Shown here: in pieces, positions 27,401-31,943 of the stretch
How the letters are laid out: the number at the start of each line of letters is the position of its first letter
Position numbering within the stretch: position 1 is the first letter of the stretch
DNA from: a virus
Reading direction: 5' to 3' (one strand)
DNA length: 64,000 bases
Virus record (IMG/VR): IMGVR_UViG_3300045988_076436
The notes under the pieces: model-generated
Database searches by the model: none
Seen by the model: the letters and a program-made list of their open reading frames with translations, nothing else
What the model was told of the DNA's origin: nothing
Program-made: the position numbers and the translations under genes

Positions 27401-28754
27401 CAGCCACGACACGCCCTGCCAATGTGTTGCCGAACAACCGTGCACCCACATTGGTGGCTGCTTTCTTTGCAACAATGCGACCTCCTTCATTCAAGGCCAT
27501 CTTGCCGCCAAATGAGCCGATACCGCCCGAAATGTAGGTGGTAGGGTCGAAGAACATACCTGCTACCGTGCCGCCCACCTGCGCCCAGCGGTGGTTCTTG
27601 CCGTAGTCGCTCATGGCTCTCTCATACGCATCAAGGTCTCCAGTCGTTCCTGCCTCGCTCCGTGCCAATCCCTTGGTGATGGTGCGCAACAGGTTCATGT
27701 CGGCTGCGGTCTTGGCGAAGAACTCCAAGGTGCTCTTGGGCGTGTTCTTTGCCACGGCATACTTGTACACGGCATTGTCAGATAACTGACGAGCCATAGC
27801 CGATGCCGAGTTCTGCAACTGCTGTTCGCTTGCGGTTGGGTATTGCTTTTTCAACTGCTGATAGCAAGATGTGGTCATCTGCTTGCCGACACGTCCCCAC
27901 GCATTGTCCATCATCTTTTGCAGGTCAAAGCGTGTGAGGCGCGACACCTCATTCTTGTGCGAGTTGGTGGCTGCATCGACAATGTGCATCTCACGCCCTC
28001 CATGTAGCCACGGATTGCCACTGTACACTTCCTCCGCGTTCTTGTTGCGGTCGGCCGCATAATTCGCCTCAGCCTCTTTCCACAAGGCTGCAACAGCTGC
28101 ACTGGCTGGTTTCTGTGCCGCATCAACCTGCTGGTCGTTCATGTTAAGGCCAAGAGGCTTGCTTGTCTCCTGCCGAAAGCGCGTACTTTCCATGTCTGCC
28201 AACGCCTTGCTGCTATATCGGTTGCCTGTCGGTGTAATATAGGTCCGCTCGAACTTCTTTGTGCGAGGATTGTACTTTATACCACCTTTCTTTGTCTGAC
28301 CGAAGCCAAGCCCGAACCCATACTGCTTCATGTTCTTCATGCGCTCGTTGTTGTCGGCTATCATGGCTTGCGTCTGCTGCTGCATCTGCTGCACTTGGTC
28401 AATCATCGCCTGTCGCTGTGCCGGGGTGAGCGGCTTGTCTTTCTGCTGTGCAGGAGCCGCACTTGGCGCACTTGCAGGTTTCTGTTGCAGTGTTGCCGCC
28501 TGTGGCTTTTGCTGCTGAGGCTTGGGTGCAGGTGCGGTGTTTACCGCATGAAGTCCCAACCGTTTGCCAAACTCCTCATAGGTAGGACTATCAATGGCTC
28601 CGTCCGCTTTCAGTGCATTGTATAACTGCAAGCGGTTCTGATAGCCCTCCTTTCCGGGAGCAAGCATCTTACTGCGAAAATTCTCTCGGCTCTTGCTGAC
28701 TGCACCGTCTTTTTTCAGTGCGTCATAGAGTTGGTCTATTTTATCGTATGGCAT
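9408..28754 (-). CDS. Giant polyvalent virion/effector protein (6,448 aa): ParB-like nuclease, pyrophosphatase-like, N6-adenine DNA MTase, SNF2 helicase, HExxH metallopeptidase, membrane-like C-terminus
   Basis: Single uninterrupted frame. Motifs read directly: VLSGNNRTMSG (24039-24065, ParB-superfamily-like); GVDGDHIDVF (22444-22473, pyrophosphatase D-x-D-x-x-D signature-like); MTase motif I LEGSAGIG (19521-19544) and motif IV NVPF (19335-19346); helicase GTGKT (17403-17417), DEAH (16830-16841) and QRNGRILRQGN (15798-15830); HEVVGH (13620-13637); hydrophobic AGAATMFLLGALMAGIGG (~10384-10440). Confidence 0.85.
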   Translation of the reverse strand: MPYDKIDQLYDALKKDGAVSKSRENFRSKMLAPGKEGYQNRLQLYNALKADGAIDSPTYEEFGKRLGLHAVNTAPAPKPQQQKPQAATLQQKPASAPSAAPAQQKDKPLTPAQRQAMIDQVQQMQQQTQAMIADNNERMKNMKQYGFGLGFGQTKKGGIKYNPRTKKFERTYITPTGNRYSSKALADMESTRFRQETSKPLGLNMNDQQVDAAQKPASAAVAALWKEAEANYAADRNKNAEEVYSGNPWLHGGREMHIVDAATNSHKNEVSRLTRFDLQKMMDNAWGRVGKQMTTSCYQQLKKQYPTASEQQLQNSASAMARQLSDNAVYKYAVAKNTPKSTLEFFAKTAADMNLLRTITKGLARSEAGTTGDLDAYERAMSDYGKNHRWAQVGGTVAGMFFDPTTYISGGIGSFGGKMALNEGGRIVAKKAATNVGARLFGNTLAGRVVAGSVGGGLNFGTYEGIKEGESQWLHGGHINPQTGENEGYSAEDILKSTGRGTILGSVTGTISPLLGNVADKWVKSTSNVYGKGGIRFGELATSTVAEGTIFSTPEWIENSKLEDGNPNKRSAWDVWTDNMAMMLGFKGQHMVKSAPRVIAGLRPIENPKTMQERNHNRMSFGELLRKQLDASPRDMVFTKEEREELQKYGYGDLAALFTRTPKQQPKAKAKQPTTTDGKVMNFDIPEAEVEDLGKQWLKTHPEFDGYETMERLMQDPNVSQSARAKAYYILTGHQLPMGTVTGYTTEKDEHGNIFVKSVTANGEVVTNRRFADEASAKREQDKIMRQAELNSVDVGERYTEAKADNKVWDAAVEAVAPGADPETVKRNYQAAKEGDKDAIANYGQMVDAIDKFMEENRGMADAERPEAIRAAIKEETGVDVDAAIKKEPSKRTDPEKAAVQDYIERLFPEQSKEAEQPMSDEEAGASAVYDQSRLLWDKMEQGDADAKADIDAISIRMKEALQECEDAFGTDAEMRMAEIQDNPWALANDPELTEDQQNAVLYYINAKAAMDGVQDASNDAMENKRREVAANVERHTHKDNGMVQPATMKVDDKPVYIVKGNVAVLPDGTGIDTQNSDQSIVICDAETGEYKFTSPDQIFNLGDAIDPQAELDEAYANIQAEHEAVLGGMENGESVPKSDENVQNDGESVQKTLEGVQYGVNDTFTLLDGDGANVHGEVQNISDDGVEIRTDEPLNGKRVQIIPVEEFENMVESINDADGNPVWTREYAEDADATEEASDNSAPQDNDVVAPASPTTEELVQMARGGNELAQHQLEAQGVQWKEANRQPTALERVPLNEETGEPMFEKADKETALDALNEVTGGNEANTTAIVNAQVEQAQKTLDALKKKQPTKKAPSLKGSPMAMVKAQQEADANYNAAMEQYNAQVAEAEETLGAWSRIYALMNERKRAIREQREAEQRERDKQMHDAAVAQVGEQKRIAAQKAAEQAEVGTHAVNPKIKAKWNGAAKVEGNPNALTLADGSTIRGHYVLTEAGAASASHDINNAFEPTEGFPIDENGESVNDRDYKRDTDAQRIVRDIANNYDSRALQSPVIVSKDGVVLSGNNRTMSGDIAAQQGTDKAYIDHLREFGQMYGFTPEQIDGMKHPRVVFVPDEQLPYDATTFARFNAEQQKKQSKPEHAVKLGKIVPDNVFTSITNDISRFDRLSDYYADDKAVSSAISQLLGAGVINEMQLPEMRTGNSLSAAGKELIENTLIGKVFQTSPDAVRHIISTPTLRQSVIMGLNEIAHNRTLAKSGYDLSNELGAAVDLVARAKSAHPDIFKDGMPVSPFGREQGLFDDEYGDSRVTDGTVLMLADILNSGKPSDLRKVLSTYNSAAVAPAGGQLDMFTGDVRSKEQILNDVNELFRNATPREQQALVDAAIAERKRTAEAEAEQRGGNEATEQTADAVQRSAEPQQPAVAETEPAKQDNTPQAEEPNTDTLAEAEEEALRKRITETDEEWTEPSANGDIYKQKLLIDGKEVIKVDAPDESKNYPGTYYEVDGKQFGDLQEVVKHLDGAEQPLSAKIKTASADVNTEPTEAQKEAGNYKKGHVQVGTFDITIEQPEGSVRKGTDANGKQWESKMNNTYGYIRGAVGVDGDHIDVFLSNDIDGWNGRKVYVVDQYNPDGTFDEHKVMLGFNDMDEAKSDYLANYEKGWEDGRRIIVSTTNLEDFEKWIDSSHRKTKPFAEYAGVKKETVASSPAKEDTAAPTTGNADNAAYTITPTTYTNKKGKASDVSLLTFDGALTADQERAVSEFAKERLGEGRFSPARGWKDRKSGGWMFRSEEDAKKAADMVGNADAVADAQPLTAQELRDAVEPKKPATRKKTIAKKPANKVEVADVTEQKPTEPTKEEPKQPTKEAEKPKYEVSDEEMNGLMNDIRDILGIGADEGDAGLKFRDPEELTAEQRQKLMSVGQRLAMAMVERGNESFGDYASMMVKALGDKVRPWLKAFYGGLEYVPGYDKYALTTYEEVKAFDVENFDKPQHDVLAQADMIVEEGKAQTAADKANNELKAIRNEQRKENDKQTEADTAAVAEKAEATASEAETLAGTSSDRHELSAAAERVDDSLEEVNEQLALLGYYEADHVEKDFNEAYGYMRNAEKKAVNDAARLAGQLVDDLGLDLYEATHSDKTDKKGNRKAKPLAVANIAPAGGDVTIHLPLAEGRELYVNIQLEPAFDKGDTDRRGDNLEVTGIMCRVENPNASGNDRYGQNMWFAEDVTYDDLLKNVQRATYKYIPERGDVKKGEYKVGDKVQYSSDGNTWHDAVVAQPNELDGIRIDTGQAPVMWVNAHPDQLRHKTQAEPQNEDIFQKAERIAKEAREKNAAKATTEPTTTPASAEQPKPATKKKTSKKKVKPEQTVGNLFAGLFDETEENGLQRNDDAVRSQGVQADNSGQQQGLRRGERATRKAAAQESGRPDGGRGGQGTGTNRAESAGLHGLTEPKNTRNNHSERGADHAPTSVGGRIEANIKAIELAHELLESGETATSEQMSVLRQFSGWGGLGAAFSDGGYDWKQRERNKKIRELLGEEAYEQAVMSANSAYYTPAYVVDTLWDIAGKLGFKGGNILEGSAGIGNILGQMPTDMSERSDIHAIEIDGTSGGILSLLYPDAKVDIQGFEQTRIPNGSVDLAITNVPFVTGLRVNDTTGDSDLSKKFHNIHDFCIAKNVRKLREGGLGIFISSNGTLDNSKALRDWVVNEGGSDFIGAFRMNNKTFGGTTVTSDIIVIRKRVNGQKSANAIDVSTISGERTAEYQEPGARRAKPLSMDYNKYFIEYPDHMAGEMRFAFEEGDTFRPTSKGLYPVSGKDQGKMLTDFVQSFKEEERGSVETTDSHKTSYVNDASADGKRLGEMYLKDGKLVTAGFGGYYPLDVNDKKIKGHTKQECFTAYSAIKTALTDVMKYQTENEGDAGLRPLIDKLNKAYDNFVNTYGHFTKNNQLAWLRNDVDYPNVFSLEVYNEQGDGKGGVVKTYDKADVMKGRVVEKENEPHPENVKDGVVVSMFKNGRIDVPYIAGQLGMGEDAVKREIIESGLGFEDPTSRQMEVSYQYLSGNVREKLKQAEANNENGEYDKNIKALQEVVPMNIPAHLIDFTLGSSWLDPKLYNEYVKDRTDIDVQFTAAGGTWFMKELSYDVSGEKNRAMGVVSEMLKKTVMGHELIGAAIQNKTIVVSRTEKHYDGTTETITDREATSACAAKIDEIRQDFKDWARQKMQSDADLSARMEQEYNDRFNNYVPMSIPDDFVPEYFGGATHKFKMRPHQGKAIVRGTMQPLLLAHEVGTGKTFTLISTAMEMRRLGTAHKPMIVVQNATVGQFAASAKELYPNAKVLVLDDNDRNAEGRKNFYAKIKYNDWDMVIIPQSTLDKIPDSDERQMQFIQDKIDEKMLVLEQMREADTSGRDPITRRAEKELADLQAEMAALSDDISKKRTANNEKKKAVAKQNAAVKAQEMLDRRTDDVENFDDMGIDALLIDEAHEYKHLGFATAMQHGVKGVDPSYSKKSQGVYLKTQAVLEKNNGRNVIFATGTPISNTAAEIWTFMRYLMPKDTMKEYGIYYFDDFVRNFGNIQQMPEFKTSGRFEEVNRFAGYTNMPELVRIWSSVSDTALTKEQTELVKKIPEMEGGKAQDIYLPQTRALRSVMKYVRDELKRFDEMSGKEKKANSSIPLTMYGIAQRAAVDARLVQVDAEDDPRSKTNEAVRQTLRSLKETNDYKGTVAIFADNYENKRSGFNLYEDIKRKLIEQGVPANEVVVMKAGMKIKQKLDIFDKVNRGEVRVVLGSTATLGTGVNIQERLHTLIHLDAPNRPMDYTQRNGRILRQGNLHKKWGKPVRVLRFGVEDSLDVTAYQRLKTKGAIADSVMEGDRLMQDSMNNRVLEEEEDVFGDTVAQLSGSEYALLKNNAEKNVRKYESRRRQWEADQTYIHNAKPKLEGKIKTAEQRAEEANAHLLAVQKAFPGGKFTDITIGKQKFTSVDGMADFIKEHNKKILDAVKAMKENPGNSAQTNTLTLSLGGYDFVVKTEMSRETVNNGGSLFAEVHRKMTYSCPELGLTDIPVKQSLLRNAVEDITENVITGKDFAERFDIAARMAKRGKSELEQLKAREGKPFEFGKELEEAERQLEEYTEAMKQELAEKEKKYAEMDASVEAATDIVTDDEDDTTEDKTKFRLLEDDDPKAQELEALPDSELVPVYRNVQAFEDDALGSPMAFTDAETGERRTLEGRRWNYSAPPKVELTEEQQRKLDELNKNGYIVVDGKKTTELQINDGLKFVKPKTKDAQLQYFLKKNPEDKGLWAAYDPYDHAIETPLNTQFGEAYKRPNLVVVRSLIPKSEIDEPFHTDYALLPTGAHQWNNGRTLYLSRWSKIDKVLTREEEAKLIDEYWKKHPGKREALKSHRDYNRFVPQVRRELEKMGYRFELDGKELTPEESLALDRQNMENRDVIPGREGHAPFMTNEDIARINAKMSGKWVGEPKEAMNNAMAERVNELAERLHTPVRIIRTDEEVAALPSTRQRRMKGSFNPLTGEVTIVVPNNANMADVENTFIHEVVGHDGLRVLFPEEEKLNNALDELYRVSKDEIRNSIDRMAQKMYDAEVDRLREKKRKEHEANGEDSNASYYADMAEAHAEASKKREQFKRDATEEYGADLAGRIGEKGFEKMSAEELTFWGKLKSMLQKALQKLLDGLKIPGKKKWGDKEWAFVLHEAYKRKKNGGKPDVFDAADTEVMRRKTGFGETKFSDGHKKSAQLNEAALKHLEPTDVEHAAKVQQKREKAKEALANVAKTYKNTTDSKGFISDLSNSLGLTRGSTGSGYGSFETPNGKVFTIRVSNHNINAANVGDEPVESIVIKTKRSPNRFHAEDGKFANEYVYFKEDIRKAPAGTLSAIAESISDLLDTGEYHDKTGLAKDNHSPETDPDGGMKFRDGDSVEYNKAMARDIYEQRVSRGMYQTQEALQDSMLGLKEAMDAILKAEGKKAYIEDVAGYENAYLGENRLSSVNQAECTAFAQTLFKPMLEEVAKLAETADERAELTDYMMAKHGLERNEVMARRSAEKQAGEEFRIELRKAERAAAIDPLDQDAADTLDDVKQRKHDREEELYFENRGRDYAGLTALTGTDNVVDAENEAQRMVTDYEGRHATNDLWDKVNAVNYATLLKTYESGLISKATYNDISGMYKNYIPLRGFDDKTSDEAYAYLSDKHSAFNAPIKTAKGRKSKADDPFANMEAMAESAIMQGNRNTLVKQKFLNFALNHPSDLVSVSDLWLWHNDATDEWQPINSGDLQGTERIEEDDSPRDVERKMRDFEDAIRQAAYNDPAHFKKQKDNPEFPYRVLESRDLRQHQVLVKRNGRDIILTINGNPRAAQALNGQTNPDNDTSGAIGAILRVGETINRQLSAFYTTRNPDFVVSNFVRDALYANTMVWVKESPNYAWRFHKNFAKVNPAKMKSLLAKLRNGTLDMNDDTEKMFHQFMMNGGETGYANIRDIEQRKNDIKRELKKNSGQMPVRKAWDLLGERLDEYNRAVENCARFVAFMTSRQMKRSIDRSIYDAKEISVNFNKKGSGAKFMGANGQKKVGNVAAFTSGLGRSFYVFWNAAIQGTTNFGRQAKRHPKKAVAGAATMFLLGALMAGIGGDDGDDENKNDYYNLPEYVRRSNIVFRTPGMKESWISIPLPVEYRAMYGMGELMVSAMSGKEHYTAGELANQIASQVSQMLPIDFMEGGGSFKSFIPSAVKPVAEVMTNEGWTGMPIYKDTPFNKEMPEWTKAYKSANKYLVGLSKALNEATGGDAYTSGKIDINPAQVEYLLNGVFGGVSSTVDKLTKMGETVFGDREYDPRSFLLLNRLVKSGDERTEYRAINNEYFRIKNESERLRTRLNHYENDTADGVFDYADKIAWLNNSPEYRILETYEEYSGDIDDINEELKDQTLRDDERKELEAELNEKKKELVDAVNEIRNGKQQ
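19925..20137 (-). CDS. Candidate embedded +1-frame ORF (70 aa) inside the giant gene
   Basis: The ORF-track entry is 19925..20152; the first ATG is at 20137 (MKQKKMDYNEMMMRYAPKGCKPTIVDNSKDYEEAKERLAKLLHKKVEDLTAAEEDKALAQIGLSPLDFMD). It has non-repetitive composition and G/C-ending codons, while the host frame here is an R/G/Q-rich stretch using A/T-ending codons. Speculative. Confidence 0.3.
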   Translation of the reverse strand: MKQKKMDYNEMMMRYAPKGCKPTIVDNSKDYEEAKERLAKLLHKKVEDLTAAEEDKALAQIGLSPLDFMD

Positions 28755-28758
28755 ATCC

Positions 28759-29994
28759 TTATAATCCTAATGCTTTTGTATTCTTATATGATGACCCCTG
28801 CTGCGGTCTCGGTGCTGGTTTTGTGGCAGGTTTCGCCTGTGGCTGCGCTGCGGCAGGTTTCTTCCTAATTCCGGGATAGAACACCTTCTTTGATGTTGTC
28901 TTCTTAGTATTCTTCTTCTCGCCCGTAACTTTACCACGACGCACCACATCGCTGTCTGTGCTGTCCGTTGTGTCAACAGTCACGCTATCAAGTGTTCCAT
29001 GCTGGCGAGCCTTGGTAATAGCTTCGCTTTCGGTCTTGGCATAATGCATGTTTCCGTTCTCGTCCCACCACTGGAAACGTCCACGTGCATTAGTACGATG
29101 TTCTTCAGCCGAAGCGTAAGAGTTAACCGCTGATGCATGGCTTGCTTCTGCCGATGCAGCCGCTGCCTTGCTACGGTTTCTCTCCGTGTTTACCTTAGCC
29201 TTGTAGAGGTCAGGAGCATTGTCTGCTTCCGCCTTTGCGGTAATGCCTTCTTGCTCGGCTTTCGTGGCCTTTCCTGCTTGCTCACGCAGTTTGTCGGGTT
29301 GCAATGCAGCAAGCCAACCGTGCTCCTCCTGCTCTCGCTGTGCCTTTTCCCTAGCCAGTTTCCTACGCTCCTGCTCGGCCTCCATTTCGCGGAGTGTCTT
29401 GGCTCTGTCGTTCTGTAGGTCGCCTATTTTGAGGGAATACTGCAAATACTTGTCGGCATTGGCCTCACGCTCGGCTTTGAGTTTGTCGAGCTGCGCTTGC
29501 AGCGGTGTCTGCTGGCTCATGGTCTTGTGGTCGTACATGTTGGGCGCACCTCGTGTCGTGAAGTAGAGGTTGCTCAACGCCATCAGACCGTCACCAACGG
29601 CTGCGATTATCTTCTTCGACTTCTCCCTGCGCTCGCGTTTCTTGCGCTCCTCCTCGGTTTCGGGCTTGGTTTTGTTGGCCGCCTCCTGCAATGCCGCTAT
29701 CTGTTGGTCGTAGCCCATGACGGCATCGGCATTGTTCTGTGGCGACACGCCCAAGCCCTTGTCGGCAGGTGGGGCGACATCTGTCTGCGGTGTCGGCTTG
29801 CTCTCTGTCGGTGCAGGGGCGTTCTCTCCGCTGTGCTGCTCCGTCCATGCCTCCGTACCTTTCGGTGCAGGTTCGGGCTGTGGAGGCTGCTCCGTCCATG
29901 CTTGCGTACCTTTGGCAGGTGGAGTGGTGTTGTCCGCTCCGTCCTGCTCTGCAAGCCAGTCGGCACTGCCTTTAGGTGGATTTCCTGTGCTCAT
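28759..29994 (-). CDS. Hypothetical virion-operon protein (411 aa), P/Q/A-rich ends and a coiled-coil centre
   Basis: ORF 4 nt upstream of the giant gene. It contains a 17-aa tandem duplication (KGTQAWTEQPPQPEPAP / KGTEAWTEQHSGENAPAP) and a charged helical core (REMEAEQERRKLAREKAQREQEE). Confidence 0.6.
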   Translation of the reverse strand: MSTGNPPKGSADWLAEQDGADNTTPPAKGTQAWTEQPPQPEPAPKGTEAWTEQHSGENAPAPTESKPTPQTDVAPPADKGLGVSPQNNADAVMGYDQQIAALQEAANKTKPETEEERKKRERREKSKKIIAAVGDGLMALSNLYFTTRGAPNMYDHKTMSQQTPLQAQLDKLKAEREANADKYLQYSLKIGDLQNDRAKTLREMEAEQERRKLAREKAQREQEEHGWLAALQPDKLREQAGKATKAEQEGITAKAEADNAPDLYKAKVNTERNRSKAAAASAEASHASAVNSYASAEEHRTNARGRFQWWDENGNMHYAKTESEAITKARQHGTLDSVTVDTTDSTDSDVVRRGKVTGEKKNTKKTTSKKVFYPGIRKKPAAAQPQAKPATKPAPRPQQGSSYKNTKALGL

Positions 29995-30012
29995 ATTCGT
30001 TGTGCTTTAAGT

Positions 30013-30492
30013 TTAGAACGGCATGGACGATGCCGCGCTTGCCACACCCTGCACGGCTCCTGCAATGGCTTGTGCCTTGCCTTGCTCGATGGCGTTGAGC
30101 TGGTTCACATACTCATCGTCCTTGGCTCTGTACGTCTGTTCTATCTGGTCTTTGCGTGCGTCCGCATTGACGGCAATCTGCGATGTGGCGTCTGCCAAGG
30201 CTTGGTTGTTGGCGGCTTTGGCCGCTGCCATACTCTCGTCCGTGCCACCCATCACGGCTTGCGCTCCTGCCGCCTGTTGGTTGCGGTTCTTGATGCTCTG
30301 CTCCGTCTGGGTGAGTATCCTCTGCGCGTCAGCCCTCTGTGTGGCGTCCTCGTTATACCTGCGGTCATACCAGTCTTGGTTGGCCTTGCGCTGTGCCTCG
30401 ACATTCTTCTTCATGCGCTTCATCGCCTTGCTCGCGCTGATGCCACCGAAGATGCTTCCTGCGGCTCCTACCGCTGCTCCTATCAGTCCCAT
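30013..30492 (-). CDS. Hypothetical protein (159 aa) with a glycine-zipper-like N-terminus
   Basis: First gene of the long minus-strand operon. It starts MGLIGAAVGAAGSIFGGISA, followed by a Q/A-rich helical region. Confidence 0.6.
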   Translation of the reverse strand: MGLIGAAVGAAGSIFGGISASKAMKRMKKNVEAQRKANQDWYDRRYNEDATQRADAQRILTQTEQSIKNRNQQAAGAQAVMGGTDESMAAAKAANNQALADATSQIAVNADARKDQIEQTYRAKDDEYVNQLNAIEQGKAQAIAGAVQGVASAASSMPF

Positions 30493-30540
30493 AATCGTTT
30501 GTATTTCAAAAGTTATAATTCGTGCGCTAAATTAATAAGG

Positions 30541-30548
30541 TATCTTTG
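30541..30548 (+). promoter_or_regulatory. Bacteroides-type -7 box (TATCTTTG)
   Basis: TATCTTTG matches TAnnTTTG in the divergent region between 30492 (-) and 30631 (+). Confidence 0.4.
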
Positions 30549-30553
30549 CCCAC

Positions 30554-30569
30554 GACTTTTAACTTTTGT
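30554..30569. promoter_or_regulatory. 16-bp element GACTTTTAACTTTTGT, copy 2
   Basis: Exact repeat of 4744-4759. It lies 62 nt from both flanking start codons. Confidence 0.5.
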
Positions 30570-30630
30570 ATCACAAGGCCGTGGACGCTCCATCAACGCC
30601 CACGCCACAACAAGATAAGAAGAATAGAAC

Positions 30631-30969
30631 ATGAAAGGTATGAAAACAGGAGGGCGCAAGAAAGGCACGCCCAACAAGGAGAACCCTCTGAAAGGGTTTA
30701 TCCGCGCACATTCTTTGAGTTACTTCGAGCCTAAGAACGTCAAGTTCAACGGAAAAGCCACAATCATGTCCGACTTTGAACTTGACATGGCGGAACTCGC
30801 CCCGGACGACCGTGTGAATGCCGAACTGCGCTTGCTGGAGTTCCACACACCGAAGATGAAAGCCGTTGATGTGGATATGTCTGCCAAAATCAACGTCCGC
30901 ACCATCGAGGACAAACTTTCCGCCCTCTGTGGCGAGGACGCTGACGAAGATGATGACGAGGACGACTGA
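30631..30969 (+). CDS. Hypothetical protein (112 aa), basic N-terminus and poly-acidic C-terminus
   Basis: N-terminus MKGMKTGGRKKGTPNK; C-terminus GEDADEDDDEDD. A packaging or DNA-binding role is possible but unsupported. Confidence 0.55.
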   Translation: MKGMKTGGRKKGTPNKENPLKGFIRAHSLSYFEPKNVKFNGKATIMSDFELDMAELAPDDRVNAELRLLEFHTPKMKAVDVDMSAKINVRTIEDKLSALCGEDADEDDDEDD

Positions 30970-31082
30970 CCCCTCACCACACCTCACCGTCTATCACATC
31001 TACTTTTAGACCCGACTATTCGCGATTTTCACTCATAGTTTTAGCGACCCATCCGCGAGGACAGGCCGCTATTTTTATACCC

Positions 31083-31465
31083 AAACCTAACCTCAACAAA
31101 ACCTCAAAGCGCATTTTCAAAAACCTCAAAGAAACCCCAAGGGGTTTTATTTCAAAACCCTAACAAAACCCTATGGGGTTATTAAACAAAACCTCAAAGG
31201 GTTATAAAAACAGCATAAAAACGACCCTAATTTTAACCTCACTTTTTCTCCGTTTTCCTCTGACACCCTTAGAAAACTCGTTGAAAAAGGCTTATTCAAA
31301 CTAATCGGAAAGCGATAAAGAACGGAAAAGTACAGTAATTTTGTTTTACCCTTATATTCAATGGATTACAACATTTTCAAAACCTCAACAAAACCCTAAC
31401 AAAGCCCTATGGGGTTTCTGAAATGTAGAAAACTCGAAACCTCAACAAAACCTCAAAGGGTTTTC
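31083..31465 (+). repeat. Iteron-like array: seven exact AACCTCAA units plus two longer imperfect direct-repeat blocks
   Basis: AACCTCAA occurs at 31089, 31100, 31122, 31190, 31381, 31438 and 31449, all in the same orientation. AACCTCAACAAAACCTCAAAG is repeated exactly (31089-31109 and 31438-31458). AAAACCCTAACAAA(A/G)CCCTATGGGGTT is repeated with one mismatch. CGCGCGCG (31467-31474) and an A+T-rich stretch follow. Confidence 0.6.
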
Positions 31466-31691
31466 TCGCGCGCGTAACGATGACAATATATAGAATATGG
31501 AATAAGGATAAGGAATATATATTTACTCCTAACGTCGTAAATATAGACGACGACAACGACAAAAAACGACTTCGGATTTTGATTTTCTTTTTTTTGTTTT
31601 GGAGAAAAGTAGAGAAGAAAAGTTGGGGCGAAAAGAAAGCCCGACCTTGCGGAGTTGCAAAGCCGGGCGTGTCGCAAAAGATAAATGGTAG

Positions 31692-31943
31692 TTGAAGTTC
31701 TTGTTTGATACCTTTGCCGTGAATTCAAATTACGAAAACATTGCCATGCTTTTGCAGAATGGCACGTCTGTGAAAATTTATGCGGACAATTTCTCCGTTT
31801 CAAACATTAGACTGCTGGCACAAACTGCTGTCAAGCATGGAGCGGTATTGCATCTTGTTGTCAATCCCGACAACATTCTTGCAGACAACCTCAAGCTCAT
31901 TTCGCAGGATGGACGCAAAAACATCTTTGTTGAGTTTGTCTAA
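31692..31943 (+). CDS. Hypothetical small protein (83 aa from TTG, or 65 aa from ATG 31746)
   Basis: Non-repetitive sequence (SVKIYADNFSVSNIRLLAQTAVKHGAVLHLVVNPDN). A TACCTTTG box at ~31710 would favour the ATG 31746 start. The gene ends tail-to-tail with the integrase. Confidence 0.35.
   Translation: MKFLFDTFAVNSNYENIAMLLQNGTSVKIYADNFSVSNIRLLAQTAVKHGAVLHLVVNPDNILADNLKLISQDGRKNIFVEFV

Noticed and set aside
30985-31080. Possible terminator AGCGACC-N14-GGCCGCT-ATTTTTAT after the 112-aa gene
   Set aside because: The stem has a mismatch and a long loop. It is plausible but too weak to list as a feature.
31083-31465. Possible CRISPR array
   Set aside because: The repeat units are only 8-27 bp and irregularly spaced, their spacers are partly homologous to each other, and no cas genes are present. 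This fits iterons or binding sites better.
31453-31803. ORFs 31453..31803 (-) and 31480..31695 (+) in the non-coding region
   Set aside because: They are low-complexity (poly-F/K/V) translations of A/T homopolymer-rich DNA, they overlap each other, and they have no coupling to neighbours.
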